From: Dicyema japonicum
Lineage: Eukaryota > Animalia > Dicyemida
Direction of reading: 5' to 3'
NCBI GenBank assembly: GCA_011109175.1
Contig: RDEW01000012.1
Span: forward strand, 773,222 to 826,522
DNA: 53,301 bases
The position numbers and the translations under genes were made by a program. How positions within the stretch are numbered: the first letter of the stretch is position 1; the number at the start of each line of letters is the position of its first letter. This document shows, one piece after another, positions 35,040 to 47,597 of the stretch. Under the pieces are notes generated by a model. The model was not told the origin of the DNA. It did not search any database and saw only the letters and a program-made list of their open reading frames with translations.

Positions 35040-37360
35040 TTGAGTTCCTGCTCTTCCAGTGCTCCCAGATTGACTTTTTTTCACATCACTGAAGGATGTG
35101 ATTATGTGTGGTGACTTTAATCCGAAGCACCCACTGTGGCTGACAGGACAAACTTATGACAAAAGAGGGAAGATGATAATATAAGACCTCCACAGCCTAT
35201 GTATACTCAACGATTTTGCATCCCATACAAGAACACCAACTTGATGTAACGATAAACCTTCTTCTATCGACATCTCACTGTCATCACCGTCCTTGGCCCC
35301 TCTCATTGACTGGTCAGTAAATATGACCACGATCCAATATTTTTGGAGGTCAAAAGAGGTCATTGATAAAAGGACAATGTCCAACGATAACTAATTACAG
35401 CCTTGCGAATTGGAGAGAATTCAAGAATTACGTCGATAATTGCATTGGACTACTAAATTTCCCCACTCCTCCTTCCGTCGAACAATTAGTGAAATGGTTC
35501 AACTCCACCATAAACGCTGCGAAAAGGAAGTACATTCCTATGGGGAGGCAACCTACGTCATCAAAACGTTTCAACACAACGACGAAACATAATCAGAGAA
35601 CAAAATAATCTGAAGATAATAAAATTGCCAACAGAAGAGAACATCAGAAAAATACGAGAATTGAACAAAGAGATCGACAATAACATAAAGGCAGAAATTG
35701 CAAATAGATGGACGAGACTATCAAAGGCTCTCTGCAACTCCCCAATGCAGAGAGTGTGGAAGTGGATCAAGAACATCAAAAGATCCTCCCCAGAGAGAAA
35801 AGTCTACATCTACATAAAAGCAGACACTCTGATAAAATATTATACGTCTATCTCCTACAAGATTTCAAAAGAACACCAAGTATTCCTGAAAAAGATTGAA
35901 CCGAAACGCTCCGATGACTGGATCCTATTTACTAGTCAGAATGATCGCAGAGCCATATCCAAAGCCAATAACTCAGAGACCAAAGTACCAGACAACATAA
36001 CCACATGTGAACAGAAGCACCTAGGCCATCGATCCCTGGAACTATTAGCCTATATCTTCAACCTATCCATTAACAAGAATACAAATTCTGAAATATGGAA
36101 GAAGTCTCTTATCAAACCTATTCGAAAACCCAACAAACCAATAAATGAACCATCTTTCTACAATATCTATTCTGAGTCCGGTCTCAAGGATCCTTGAAAG
36201 GCTTGTTTTGGAAAAAGTACAAGACTCAATCTCAATACCTTCGACCCAGCACGGTTTCCGGGGTAACCATCGACCAAACACACCTCACACAATTCATTAC
36301 GGAAGGATTTAACTCCCCAAACCCAATCAGAGGACAGTACTTATATCCGTGGACATCACAAAACGTTCGACTCAGTCCCTAGGAAACTCCTTAGAAAGAA
36401 AATATTTGGAACCAACATCCATCCGAACCTGAATCTTTGGCTTGGAAACTTCTTAAATGGAAGACGAGCACAAGTACTCTGAAATAACATCAAATCAAGA
36501 TCTCGCTATTTCCCAAGTAGAGTCCCTCAAGGCTCCCCATTATCACCCCAACTCTTCAATCTCTACATAAACGAACCTGTTATGAAAACTGCCTAATCCT
36601 TTCCTATGCCGACGATATTATTCTTGTATCCAAAAACAGAAGCATTCAATCAGCGACTCAGTGCGTTCAACAAATGCTTGACAAACTGGAACTATGCTTT
36701 CGAAGCGGAGACTCGACATATCAGCAACAAAGTCCTCTGTCACGTTGTTACCACTTACAAGAGACAGCTCTGTATCGAACCAAAAATCTTTATGAAGAAC
36801 AAAGCTATTCCTATTAACAAAACACCGAAGATTCTGGGAGTAACCTTTGATCAGGGACTCACCTTTATCCGGCATGTTGAAAACAAAGCAACNGTCTTAA
36901 AAAATCTTCTGGTATTGTATTATTTATTAAAAAATCAAGAATATTCTTATACTCCTGATCATCCTTTACAATGTTGGCAAATCTCATTCCGATTGAGTCG
37001 ATAATTGTCAAGAGCTTAATTGAAGGTTAAATTCAAGGTCACAGCGTTTCACTTTAGGCACGCGTTTCATTTATGGCGCGTGACATTAACCCATCAATTG
37101 ATTAAAAAATTAATCACGTGTTTTTGTCTCAAGTTTTGGTGAATCATCTATTCCAGCTGCCTTCTATTCCAAATACTATCGAATTATCTACAATCATACA
37201 GAAATTTTGAGCCGATGCCATGTCCAATGAGAAAAGCTGTTCAGGATTCTCGACCCCGCCGGACTCGTCCTCACCTTTGTCGGTCTGGGATCACTTAGTT
37301 AGATGAGAACTTTTATTTCTTTCTCTTTGACCCAGTGATCCTGGGGATAATAATAATAAT
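35040..37360 (+). mobile_element. Ingi/Vingi-like LINE (APE C-half, RT), decayed; 3' part uncertain beyond the n at 36894
   Basis: MCGDFNPKHPLW; SRVPQGSPLSPQLFNLY; YADD; ILGVTFDQGL; possible 3' end with (TAA)n near 37348-37360. Confidence 0.7.
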
Positions 37361-38099
37361 TACAGATCAGAAAATTAGCCGCCCATGACACTTTTTCCTT
37401 AATGACAAAGTCAAAATGGATTTCTGCCCAAGTGGATTCCTGTAGATTGTAGAATTTGTCTCAGTAGATAAGGAGATGAATAAAACCAAGATATTATGCC
37501 AAGTTCTTTTTTAGATAAAGAAATTCTATCAACTCGAACCTGATAGTTTCCCGAAGTGTTCTTACCAACACGTTTGAAATTCTTGCTCGCTGACATAAGT
37601 CAGGAAAAAATCAAACTACTCTTATTTAGTGTTTAGTTAGTCCTGCTTCCTGAGAGATGTATTACCTACTAATCTATATCTGAGCAAAAACAGAATCTGA
37701 GCAAAAACAGAAACCCTACCTAAAATTTAGTAACCATTATTCCTTCGATTTTTAGAAGGTCGTTTAGGAAAAGAAATCTCGTTTGCCATTCCAGAAAAAA
37801 ATCGATCGGGTTCCTCAGAGGGAACTGGTTTGGAATCACCAATAACAGATTCTCAAATAGTGTTGATTTGTATTGAAAAATAATAAGCTCTGTTTAAAAA
37901 AGGAATAACTGTTTTGTATTAATTAACTTAGGTCAATTTTAGAATCAGGAGCATTCTATAACTTTTTTAAAAAGTTATTATTATTTGAATAAAGACCTTT
38001 AAATAAATTAATAAAAATGTTACCCTGCATTGACAAATTAAACTCATTTTAAAATGTTTAAAAAATCGGCAAGATAATACATTTTCAACTTGACAAAGA

Positions 38100-38520
38100 G
38101 TTTAGAAAATTCGATGATTAAGTGCAGAAGATCGAATATAGTTTATCACTTTTACAATAGTGTTTAGTGTTTCTCTCAACGACAAACACATAGTTTTTAA
38201 CAAAGTCCATATTTGTGCAATGCACAATGTCTTGTAACAATATCAGGAACGAAATCCTCAATACGAGTAGCAAGTCCAGATTGATGACAATCATCGCAGG
38301 TGCACCATCAGTACATATAAATCTAACTTTATGACATTGGATTTTATTCGTCGTCATAAAATTGTCATAAATATTAAAGATGTCCTTTCCATGAGGGTGT
38401 CCATCCATCTCCAAACAAAATAAAAACTCACCAACAATATTCACATGATAAACAAGGCGAACATAGGACACAAGCTGACAGAAGTTAGAAATGTCAGTTG
38501 ACTCGTTTAATTGGATACTA
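38100..38520 (-). mobile_element. hAT (Charlie/Buster-like) transposase remnant
   Basis: DISNFCQLVSYVR...EFLFC...GKDIF...ICTDGAPAM...VHC. Confidence 0.8.
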
Positions 38521-38707
38521 CTTAAGGAACGAAAGGCAGTCAGCTACTAGCCGCCGAGAGAATTGAGAAACTGTTCCCCCTAAGTACGGCTGTTGAGACA
38601 CGCTCAAAAAGCCGACTGAGCTCGCGGGGCTCGTTTCTAATTTTCCCGAGATGGCGGCCTCTCTCGGTGAGGAAACGTAGCGTTGATGGTCCTAGATTGG
38701 ATACTTA

Positions 38708-38821
38708 TCCTGCATTTACTTTTATTGATTCGTTTAATTAATTGCTCCAGGATATCACATGATAATTCTGAAATTCTACGGGAAATTGAATCGTTGGATA
38801 ATCAATAAAATAAATGCAGGA
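38708..38821. repeat. 114-bp imperfect palindrome (mini-MITE or hairpin)
   Basis: TCCTGCATTTA(C)TTTTATTGATT arms at both ends; central TATCA-CA-TGATA. Confidence 0.6.
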
Positions 38822-38829
38822 ATGGTCTT

Positions 38830-39240
38830 AAGCTTGGTAACTGCATTTGGACCAAATAAAATTCGAGCCATTTCAAGAGCCGCTAGTTAATTAACTTTTC
38901 CCCAGAATTATGTGTAGCTTTGTTTTTTGCAATAATCATTGAGACCTACAACAAAAACACTTGAAAAATTAGTTGAGTCAATGAAAAAAAAGGTGTTGGG
39001 AGATCTATTCAGAAACAGGAGGTTATTCTACACATTAATCTCACGATAACCAAATTTTATGTCAATGAAAGTCGTTGTTTTTTTCCAAATTTCTTAGACA
39101 AAATTTCAAAATTTAAATAATTAAATTAATTTTTATCAATTTATCAGATTTTAAAATATCTCGGAAGAAAAAATTAAATCATTCTTTGTATAAATTAAGT
39201 AAGTTGATGATTCACCAATATTTATGTCGAGGGGTGTATT
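38830..39240 (+). mobile_element. Tc1-like 3' remnant
   Basis: LEKLVESMKKRCWEIYSETGGYSTH*; TIR end TGTCGAGGGGTG+TA like that at 49090. Confidence 0.65.
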
Positions 39241-39912
39241 TGTTTTGGATGTAAATTAAAATTACAGCATAGGATGCTTCTAATCTCGGTTTATCTTGGA
39301 TTATTAAACCATTAAATCTCTGGCTGTGAATCAAATTTCGTTCTTTTGTTTACACTACACCTATTACACACATAAAAACCTTTCTCTCAAAGATTCTGGG
39401 ACTTTTGTGTTGAAAAACTGATATCGGGGCTCTTCTTCTCGACTCATTGGACCACTAGTTGTTAGAAAGGCAGATTTACTTTGAGCAGGCTCGTCTTGCC
39501 TCTTCTCTGACATATGAGGGCTTCATATCGATTCCCCTGCCTATTCTACGGACTGTGAAGAACTCTCCTCGGATGTCCTCCACGGTTGTCTTGGCGCATC
39601 CTTTGACTCCTTCATCTGTCATGTCCACCAATATCTGAGGTTGTTGATCGTTAGTACCTCGATTTCGGCTCCGGATTCTATTGTAGGTGGCTCTGTATTC
39701 TCATCTGGCAGTACGGCAGCTCGAATAATTCTATTTTGTGGTGGATAATCCGCTATTTGGGGTATAGAAGTGGCATTACTTGTCAAATGAGACTACAATG
39801 CTATCCTTTGAAATGCTCTTAACCCAAATGTTGGGTTGGATGGCAACTTCGACTTCGAATAAACCAACAAGTTCATTAAACGACATAACAAGACGTTAGT
39901 AACTATACCAAA

Positions 39913-40012
39913 ACAACTTCAATTTTTATAATTTGCAACCTCAATTTTATAATCGGCAACTTCAATTTTATAATTGGCAACTTCAATTTTTATAATCCGC
40001 AACTTCAATTTT
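39913..40012. repeat. Minisatellite, about 21-22 bp x5
   Basis: GCAACTTCAATTTTATAAT(C/T)(G/C) repeated. Confidence 0.85.
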
Positions 40013-40399
40013 GTTTATTTATCAAATAGACTATATTTTAAATTATCTAATTAGGAGTCCAGATCGTCAGTGATTTCCCTTCTTTGCTTGGAAGAAGAGT
40101 TTGCCATAAACTTCCTTTCATTTTCTATTTCAGCGTCAAGGATTTTATTCAACTGAGTGTCCTCGCGGCATGCCAGCTCCGCAAGTTGATTGGCGGCAGA
40201 GGCGTACTCTTCGTTGTCTACCTTCATCCCATGTCTGTGTTCGATGAGCATACTCTCCAGCGTCCTCTTTAGCACAACCTCGTTCCTTCTTCAATGGATA
40301 ACTTTGTCCATATGACTTTAAAGAACTTTGAGACAACTCCATCTTATGTCAAGACTACCGGGATAATTTTATTTTTGTTTTATAGAGAACCGACAGTTT

Positions 40400-42440
40400 A
40401 TTTGCAAGCAGATCATATTTGTTAAATTTCTTAACTTCAACTTGCTTTAAAACGGTTTTGCGAAGTAATGCCTACTGCGATCAAAGTTATTTCTTTCTTG
40501 TCGTAAACAAAAATGTCGGGTTTATTGAATTGAACTCTCGTTTTAGTCATAAATGACGTGTCAACTCTGATTTCGATATTTTTGGTAGACATTATTGACA
40601 CAGCCGAAATCCCTTTCAAATTTCCTGCCTCTTCTGATTCCGTGTATGCAAAGAACAAATTCCTATTCAGCTTTATTTTTGGCAGCATAGTTATCCTTTT
40701 CATACCTTTCTCCAGTATGAAATCCATAAGTTTATTTTTGAGAACATTACTTCCGCCATTTTCAGTTTGGGAAACATGGAGTTAAGCATCCTGCTTAAGG
40801 GTCCATCGCCATAACGAATAGCAGCGGGGACAAAGAATCTCCTTGGAGTATTCCCCGGCCTAACTTTACTTTCCAATTCTTTTCCCATCGATATGTAAGT
40901 TACTGTCCACTTCTTGACTATGCTCTTTACAAAGTTGAGGATCCAATGTGGTATTCCAGAACAATCCAATACGTGGAACAAGAATTCGTGATCAACTGAG
41001 TCAAATGCCTTCTTGACATCGACCAAGCAGAATAGAGGCCATTTCCATACTCCTTATTTAAGCATTGGTTAATGAAGGCTTGCTCTTTGGCGCCTTGACA
41101 TTGCTTCCTCGTCCCAAGCTGGTTATCTGAGATTAAGCCAAATGCCTCGACGAAATCGGCCATTTTGGCATTAATACATTTGGTGACAAGTTTATAAAAA
41201 GTCGGCATACAATTTATAGGGCGTAAGTCCTTTGGGGTCTCACAATCACGTTTTTTAGGGATCAAGTAAGTTACCCCAGTGTAAAACCAGCTATCAGGCG
41301 TGTACTCTCCGTTAATTATTCGGACTATCTCTTTACACAGAAACCCATGCAAAGAATCCATCTTCTTATGAAAAAGTTATACGTTCCGTCACATCCGCAT
41401 GCCTTCCAGTCAGGTGCATATTTGAGCATATCCATAATAAAATCACTTGTGAATTGAGGTCGCATAGTTTCACCCCCAGTAGACCTCACATCCACAAAAT
41501 CATAAACTACGGGCCCCATATTTTTCTTGCTCCAGACATCTTCCCAAAATGACAAGCACTCCCCATCACCAAACCCATATAGGGTGGCTTCATTGCTCGA
41601 AGATAAGTTTCGATAAAATCTTCTGCGGTTTAATTCAAAACACGCATTGTCTTACGGAAATCCTTCCTCGAGGTATGAATAGATATCTGTTTCTTTTTTA
41701 TTCTAATTAGATCATTCAAAAGAGTCTCAATTCTGATTAGCTCCCCCTTCTTAGACTTCTTATATCCGTAGCGACAAAGAACATCCATTGCCTGTTGCTT
41801 TTCTGCCTGAGGCAAGGTTTGTCTGGAGAAGGAACCAACTATGTCAATTTCAGCTGCTAATTTAGAGATTTTTCTTTGCGTGTTTTCCAACCATGTGCTC
41901 TGGCTCTCGTAGTTAAAGCCAGATAAGCACACTGTGCAGCATATAGAATATCGGTAATTCGATTAATATCTTGGGGCGGATTATCTTTTGTAATATGATA
42001 AATTGCAGAGTTTAATCCAGCCAGGATGTCAGTTTTGACCATCCTTCGCTGCACCTTTGGGGTTGGCTTTCGAGAGTCGCTTTCTGCGACGACGTTATCN
42101 NNNNNNNNNNNNNNNNNNNNNNNNNNNNNNNNNNNNNNNNNNNNNNNNNNNNNNNNNNNNNNNNNNNNNNNNNNNNNNNNNNNNNNNNNNNNNNNNNNNN
42201 NNNNNNNNNNNNNNNNNNNNNNNNNNNNNNNNNNNNNNNNNNNNNNNNNNNNNNNNNNNNNNNNNNNNNNNNNNNNNNNNNNNNNNNNNNNNNNNNNNNN
42301 NNNNNNNCCATTGAAATTCCCAATGATCGCAGAAAGAGAATGCAAGTTATTTAGCAGCATCACCAACAAGATCTTTATTAACACAATTAGCTCTTGTGGC
42401 ATTATGAGGTGCCACAGACGACGGTCCTATCTTTTTTAAA
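40400..42440 (-). mobile_element. R4/Dong-like RLE non-LTR retrotransposon, internally deleted
   Basis: WKACGCDG; TYLIPKK...DLRPINCMPTFYKL; NQLG...GAKEQ; DVKKAFDSVDH; GILQGDSLSPLLF; NKPDIFVYD RLE. Confidence 0.85.
42100..42307. other. Assembly gap (208 N)
   Basis: Run of N. Confidence 1.
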
Positions 42441-43604
42441 CTATTTTTATCTGCAGGAAGGCCCATAGGTTTCGTTTTCCTTACCTTATATAATCTTACA
42501 GTATTACATTAAGTAAGTAGATTAAACTCAAAGACTCGTGACAACCCCAAGTCGCGAGCCTCCGACGTGAAATGACGACTATCCACGTATTAAAATGGAT
42601 TACGACGTAGAGAATGCGGGTAGTATATTATGCAAAGTGCGATAGAAATTAAATATATTAACAAGACACGATTTGAACCCGGAAACATGCCAAAAGAACC
42701 AAAAAAACTCAGAAGACGATAAGAAGTTAAGAAATCAAAAACTCCGCCAAGTCAAAGCACTCACCGCGGAGCAAGACGACTCAGCTGGCATTGAGTGTGG
42801 TCTCCAGTGTAAGTACTCCCAAATAATCCTTCTAATGAGAATATTTACCTAACATTTCAGGAAGATACTCAGTCGAAAAGTGCCCCGATGTAGAGTCTTA
42901 ATGTGTAGTCCTAGTCCCCAATCAACAAGCAATAGACGACACTCCAGTTATTTCTTTGCTCGATTTGGACTTAGAGTAAATTAGGACATTTGGTCGATGA
43001 GTTTGTCCAGACTGAGCTGATTTATGTCAAAAAACTGCAACTTCTCCAGGAAGTTGTGTCTCCCTGAGAACTCTAGGGGTACTACAAAACAATCAAGACA
43101 GACCCAGAAATACAAAAAAACATCCCCGAGAAAGACATTGCCGACATTTTTTCCATCTGAGCAGCATTACAACCTCCACAACAGAATTCATTTCCAGAGT
43201 TGACAGAATGCTCAAAGAAGCCGTACGTGGGTCCCTGCTGACCCTTAGAGTGGAAGACATTGCATTTGGACAACTCTTCAAACNCTCCTTGGCGTTGCTG
43301 GTTTTAATAAAGTTGACATTAGATGGAATCTTGAATTTGTCAGACCTGTTTGACTTATAATATTTATACCTTGTAAGATAATCTCGTATTGCTTTTACTA
43401 ATAAATGTGGATTTACATCTTTTCCACTAATAGAATGACATTGTTCCATATTCTATCACAAAGAAAAAATACTGCACGTTAATTTATTGTTTATATATTT
43501 TATATAAGATAGTATTTATATATCATAATTAATATATGAATTAACTATTTTTTAATAAGGTTTTCCCCACTTTTTCAAAATATAATTTTAAATATAATTT
43601 TTTT

Positions 43605-44078
43605 GCTTGAACTTGCTTGAACCCACTGGGATCGACCGGGGGGACGGGAAAAGGCCTGACGGATCACTGTGTTCCCCTTCAACAGGGGAAGCCTCTTACC
43701 TGGGATGCCACGTGTGTGGACTCATTCTCGCCTCAGAACCTGCTGACGTCCGCATCCGCCCCTGGATCAATCGCCACAACTGCGAATGCAAAGATGCTGA
43801 AGTACTCTTCACTTGTGGAGAGATACCAATTCCTTCCATTCGCAGTTGAGACATTCGGTTACTTGGGAAGAAAGGCAATCAGTTTCGTTCAGGAGATTGG
43901 GTCTCAGATGTCCACATCCATAGGCGACGCCCGCGAATCGAAATGGTTTTTGAGCGGATATCCCTTGCGATAGTACGCTCTAACTTTTTCTCGATCGCGT
44001 CAGCCTCTCGCCCGCCCAATTAATCAACTTTAATTTTGTATTTTGGATTAATAAAAAAAAAACAAAAAACAAAAAAAA
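43605..44078 (+). mobile_element. 5'-truncated CRE-like 3' end with A-rich tail
   Basis: LEPTGIDRGDGKRPDG; WDATCVD; PFAVETFG; tail AATAAAAAAAAAACAAAAAAC... Confidence 0.85.
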
Positions 44079-44087
44079 TTTTTTTTT

Positions 44088-45370
44088 TAATATCCCACTA
44101 TCAAAACACCAGGTAGCCGAACGGTTGAACACCCGTAATCAAAAATCTAATGGTTCCGGGTTCGATTCCCAGAGGCTGCCTGTGCCGGAAGCTCCGTTCG
44201 GGTTGACGAGTGACGCCGTCATGGACATCTCATCAAACACGGACTCCGCATCGAACGGATCTCGGATGGGATGTCGAGCTTCCTACTGTCTTGAAAGGAC
44301 TCACACGCAAGAAAAATAAAGATTAAGCGAAGAACATTGGCCTTTCCTACGATTAATCAGAATTTACTGTTCTTTACTTAAAATAAAGTGTGTGTCTTGC
44401 CTATGCGGGGTCATAAAGTACTATGGCTCTCGTGACAAGGCTAATAATAATATCAAACACCCCACTGTTCTCGGACTAACCTTCGACCCAACGATGTCCT
44501 TCAACAAACATGTCTCGAAGATCTCTGACAAGGCTAACAGGCGTACAAATATTCTAAAAGCAATAAGTGGTCGCATCACTGGTGCGCAGAAACCACTTCT
44601 CAAACGAGTCTACAAACAATACATTCGCCCTGTCCTAAGCTACGCGAGTCCGAGTTGGGCTCCCTGTCTATCTATGAGCTCCTCTGTGGCACTCCAATCA
44701 GTTCAAAACAAGGCTATGCGCATTATATCCGGGTGTCTGAAATCAACACCCATCGACCACCTGCACTGTGAAACCAACCTTCTCCCGATAGAAGAACATC
44801 TAAATATGAGAGGAGCACAATTCCTATTCGCTTCGCGTAAATCCTACCACCCTTGCACTGCCCTAAACACGCTAAATGACAACGGCCGTGCACTGAAGAA
44901 CACGCCTGCCAAACTATACTCCCGGGTACTTGCCAAAATCAATGGCCTAAACCAATGTTCACAGCCAATGAAAAAAATCACGACTTCATTTCAACGTCGT
45001 CCATTCTAAGGCTGACGCCTAACTCTGTCCTCAACAAACTTCCTCCGGAAGTTCACCCCTCCGAAATGCTTCTGGAGCGTTCCGCTCAGATCAACCTTGC
45101 TCGTTTCCGCTCGGGCCATCACCGCTCACTAAACTCCTACGCTCATTCATTGAACGACGTGATCTCCCTTTATGTAACCTCTGCTGTGTTGACGATCACT
45201 CAACCGATCACCTTTTCCGCTGCCCTGTTCTCTTCGCTATCCGCAGAAAATTTGCTGTCCACTCCCCGAGGTCCTTTGGGAGCAACTCGCGAAGGCGCTG
45301 TTGTTTCTGCTAGCCGCCGGTCTCATACCCTAATGTGAGACCGGGGTTATGCAACAACAACAACAACAAT
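44088..45370 (+). mobile_element. 5'-truncated Vingi-like LINE with (CAA)n tail, split by a SINE
   Basis: PTVLGLTFD; YKQYIRPVLSYASPSW; LARFRSGH; GCAACAACAACAACAAC at 45350-45366. Confidence 0.85.
44111..44450 (+). mobile_element. tRNA-derived SINE, full length
   Basis: A-box-like TAGCCGAACGG, B-box GGTTCGATTCCC; (TAA)n tail; TSD TATCAAA(A)CACC; second copy at 24867-25086. Confidence 0.75.
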
Positions 45371-45990
45371 ATCAAGCAAATAAGATATGGTGAATACGTC
45401 AATATCTACAACCAAATAGATTATATCATTTGCAGACAAAGAAAAACATCCATTTCTGGATGCCAGGTCTTACGGTGGGCACTTACACTGAGGGACCACA
45501 AAGTCATTGTGGACCGATTGTGAAAGAGTGAAATTTTTTTTGGATCGCCCTGTTCCAACAGAGAATGAATCAAACCAGATAAAATATTCTGTGGGAAAAC
45601 TGATTACATCAGATGCTATGAGGGAAAATTACTCCCGAGAAATCATCGAAAACCTACCAGTCAGAGACGGGGAAAGACCCAAACAAAAAGTGGGACACAT
45701 TTAAAGAACATGTTTACAAGGCTGTAGAGGAATTTATTGGAACGTATGCATGTAAAAATGAGTCAAAAGTGTTGAATCCAAATACTACCGAGATGGAAAA
45801 AGAACACAAGGCCATCCAACTGAAACTGAAGGTGAGGAACGTCAGAGTTGTGGAGGAGTCACTCTGTGAACTTATTGTGCTCGAGTTGCACACGACTGCT
45901 GGCTGGCTAGCCGTCAGAGTTTCTAAGGCACTATCCAAATGTTGTTGAGACGTTCTTTGAGGAAAATTGCCTGACAATCATATCACAGCA
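45370..45990 (+). mobile_element. RTE-like LINE fragment (APE C-terminus and linker)
   Basis: YNQIDYIICRQR...DHKVIV. Confidence 0.55.
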
Positions 45991-47597
45991 TCTTAATGCA
46001 AAAAGGCTACAAACATGGATGGAGCTGTCCGTGAAGACTTAGCCAGTGGCTTGGGCTTTTCGGTCTTTTCTTCGCAAGAACTGAATCATTATACAGACAG
46101 AGGCAGGGCTGATCGCTTGGGTCTCTTTCTATGCTCGGCGTAATCAGTCCCTTATGCAACATACCGAGGTTGGAAGCGGACATTGGCTCTGACCATGTAC
46201 CGCAAACGATGTGGATAAAGATGAGTATGAATGTTACGGAGGACTTGTTCATTGGTTACAACCTCGCAAATATGAACTGGAGTTTATTTGAATCATCTAT
46301 GCGGGAGTCTCTTCGAACCGTCATGCTCCAGCCCCTGGGATGCAAAGATGATATCGACAATCTCGACGATCACCTTAGATCGTCAATCATAAAATTCCTG
46401 GACGCATATGCTGAGAAGAATGTATGGAGACATAAAGGAACGTAAAAGCATCAACTGAATCCGAAACTTGTTACTCTGATCAGAACGAAAGGTACTCTGG
46501 AGAATCGCAGAAGAATATGTCGGGTCGAGTCAATTAAATGCCGCCTGAAAATAGAGACTGACAAGATCAAATCTATTATTGCAAAAACGGTCAAAGTTGG
46601 AGTCGAAAGTAAATGGAGGTCAGAATGCCAAAAACTGGATAAGCGAAATCCTAACTCCTGGAAAGCATACCAATGCCTTAGCAGAAATGATGCTAAAGGA
46701 ATTGAAATTTCACTCAAAAGACCAGATGGAAAATACATCTACTCTGATCATGTCCCTGATGCACTCAGGAACCAACTCAGTCAGGTTCAAGAGGTCGAAT
46801 CTACCGTTTCACGAAGGACCTATGACAGGATTGTGAAGAAACTTGACTCTTCGCAGTTGTTGGAGGGACCGTAGTGTGGGGAGATAACACAGGGAGAAGG
46901 CGAAACGGCAATTGCTGGGTTGAAGAATAAGGCATCTGGTTTCGACTACATCCCCCAGATATTGTTAAAGAAGGCCCCTGAACTTCTGATACAAGCACTG
47001 ACTATGATGTTTGACGCTAGCTGTATGTTTGGAAACCTTCCATCACTGTGGAAACATAAGATTGTTCGAATGATACCAAAATCGGGTACATCGACACTGC
47101 TAGCAGCGAACTATCGGCCAATTAGCCTCATTTGTGCTTTCTCTAAAACCGGGGTCGGCAAAACGCGGCCCGCGAGGATTTAAAAATGGCCCGCCAACAA
47201 ATTTTATAATACTAAAGGAAATTGGCCCGCCAACAAAATTTTCCAACTAACATGGCCCGCGGGCAAATTTAGTAAAGTATTTATATATAAATTTTATCTA
47301 TTATTAAAAATTAAATACATTTCTAAACGTGTTAATAAGTTTGTGTGGTGAATTTGAAAAAGAATTAAAGATCTTCAAACCCGTACGTTTAATCCAGATT
47401 GGACTCATTAATATTTCTTTATTGAGGATAATGGAAAACCTACACACAAAATGGAAAACCTACCCTACCGAATGGAAAACCTACCCTCGACAAAAAAATC
47501 CGGACATTTAATAAATAGTCATTTTTATTATCAAAATTAAAAAAAACAACCTTTGAGCATAATATTTTTTTTCTATATTTTTATATTTTAAAACATA

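Noticed and set aside
38540-38660. RNase MRP or U3 snoRNA
   Set aside because: Only short resemblances (CTGTTCCCC, CGGGGCTC, GAGCGTG); the GAAAGTCCCC P4 element and boxes C/D are missing and spacing is wrong
39420-40345. Coding-like minus-strand stretches (e.g. 40051-40275)
   Set aside because: No recognisable motif or splice pattern; cannot assign to a gene or TE
43093-43449. 118-aa ORF as a gene
   Set aside because: Contains an n, has no recognisable domain and no support from codon pattern or paralogues
44107-44190. Functional tRNA gene
   Set aside because: Acceptor and anticodon stems do not close; it is the head of a TSD-flanked repeat with a second copy
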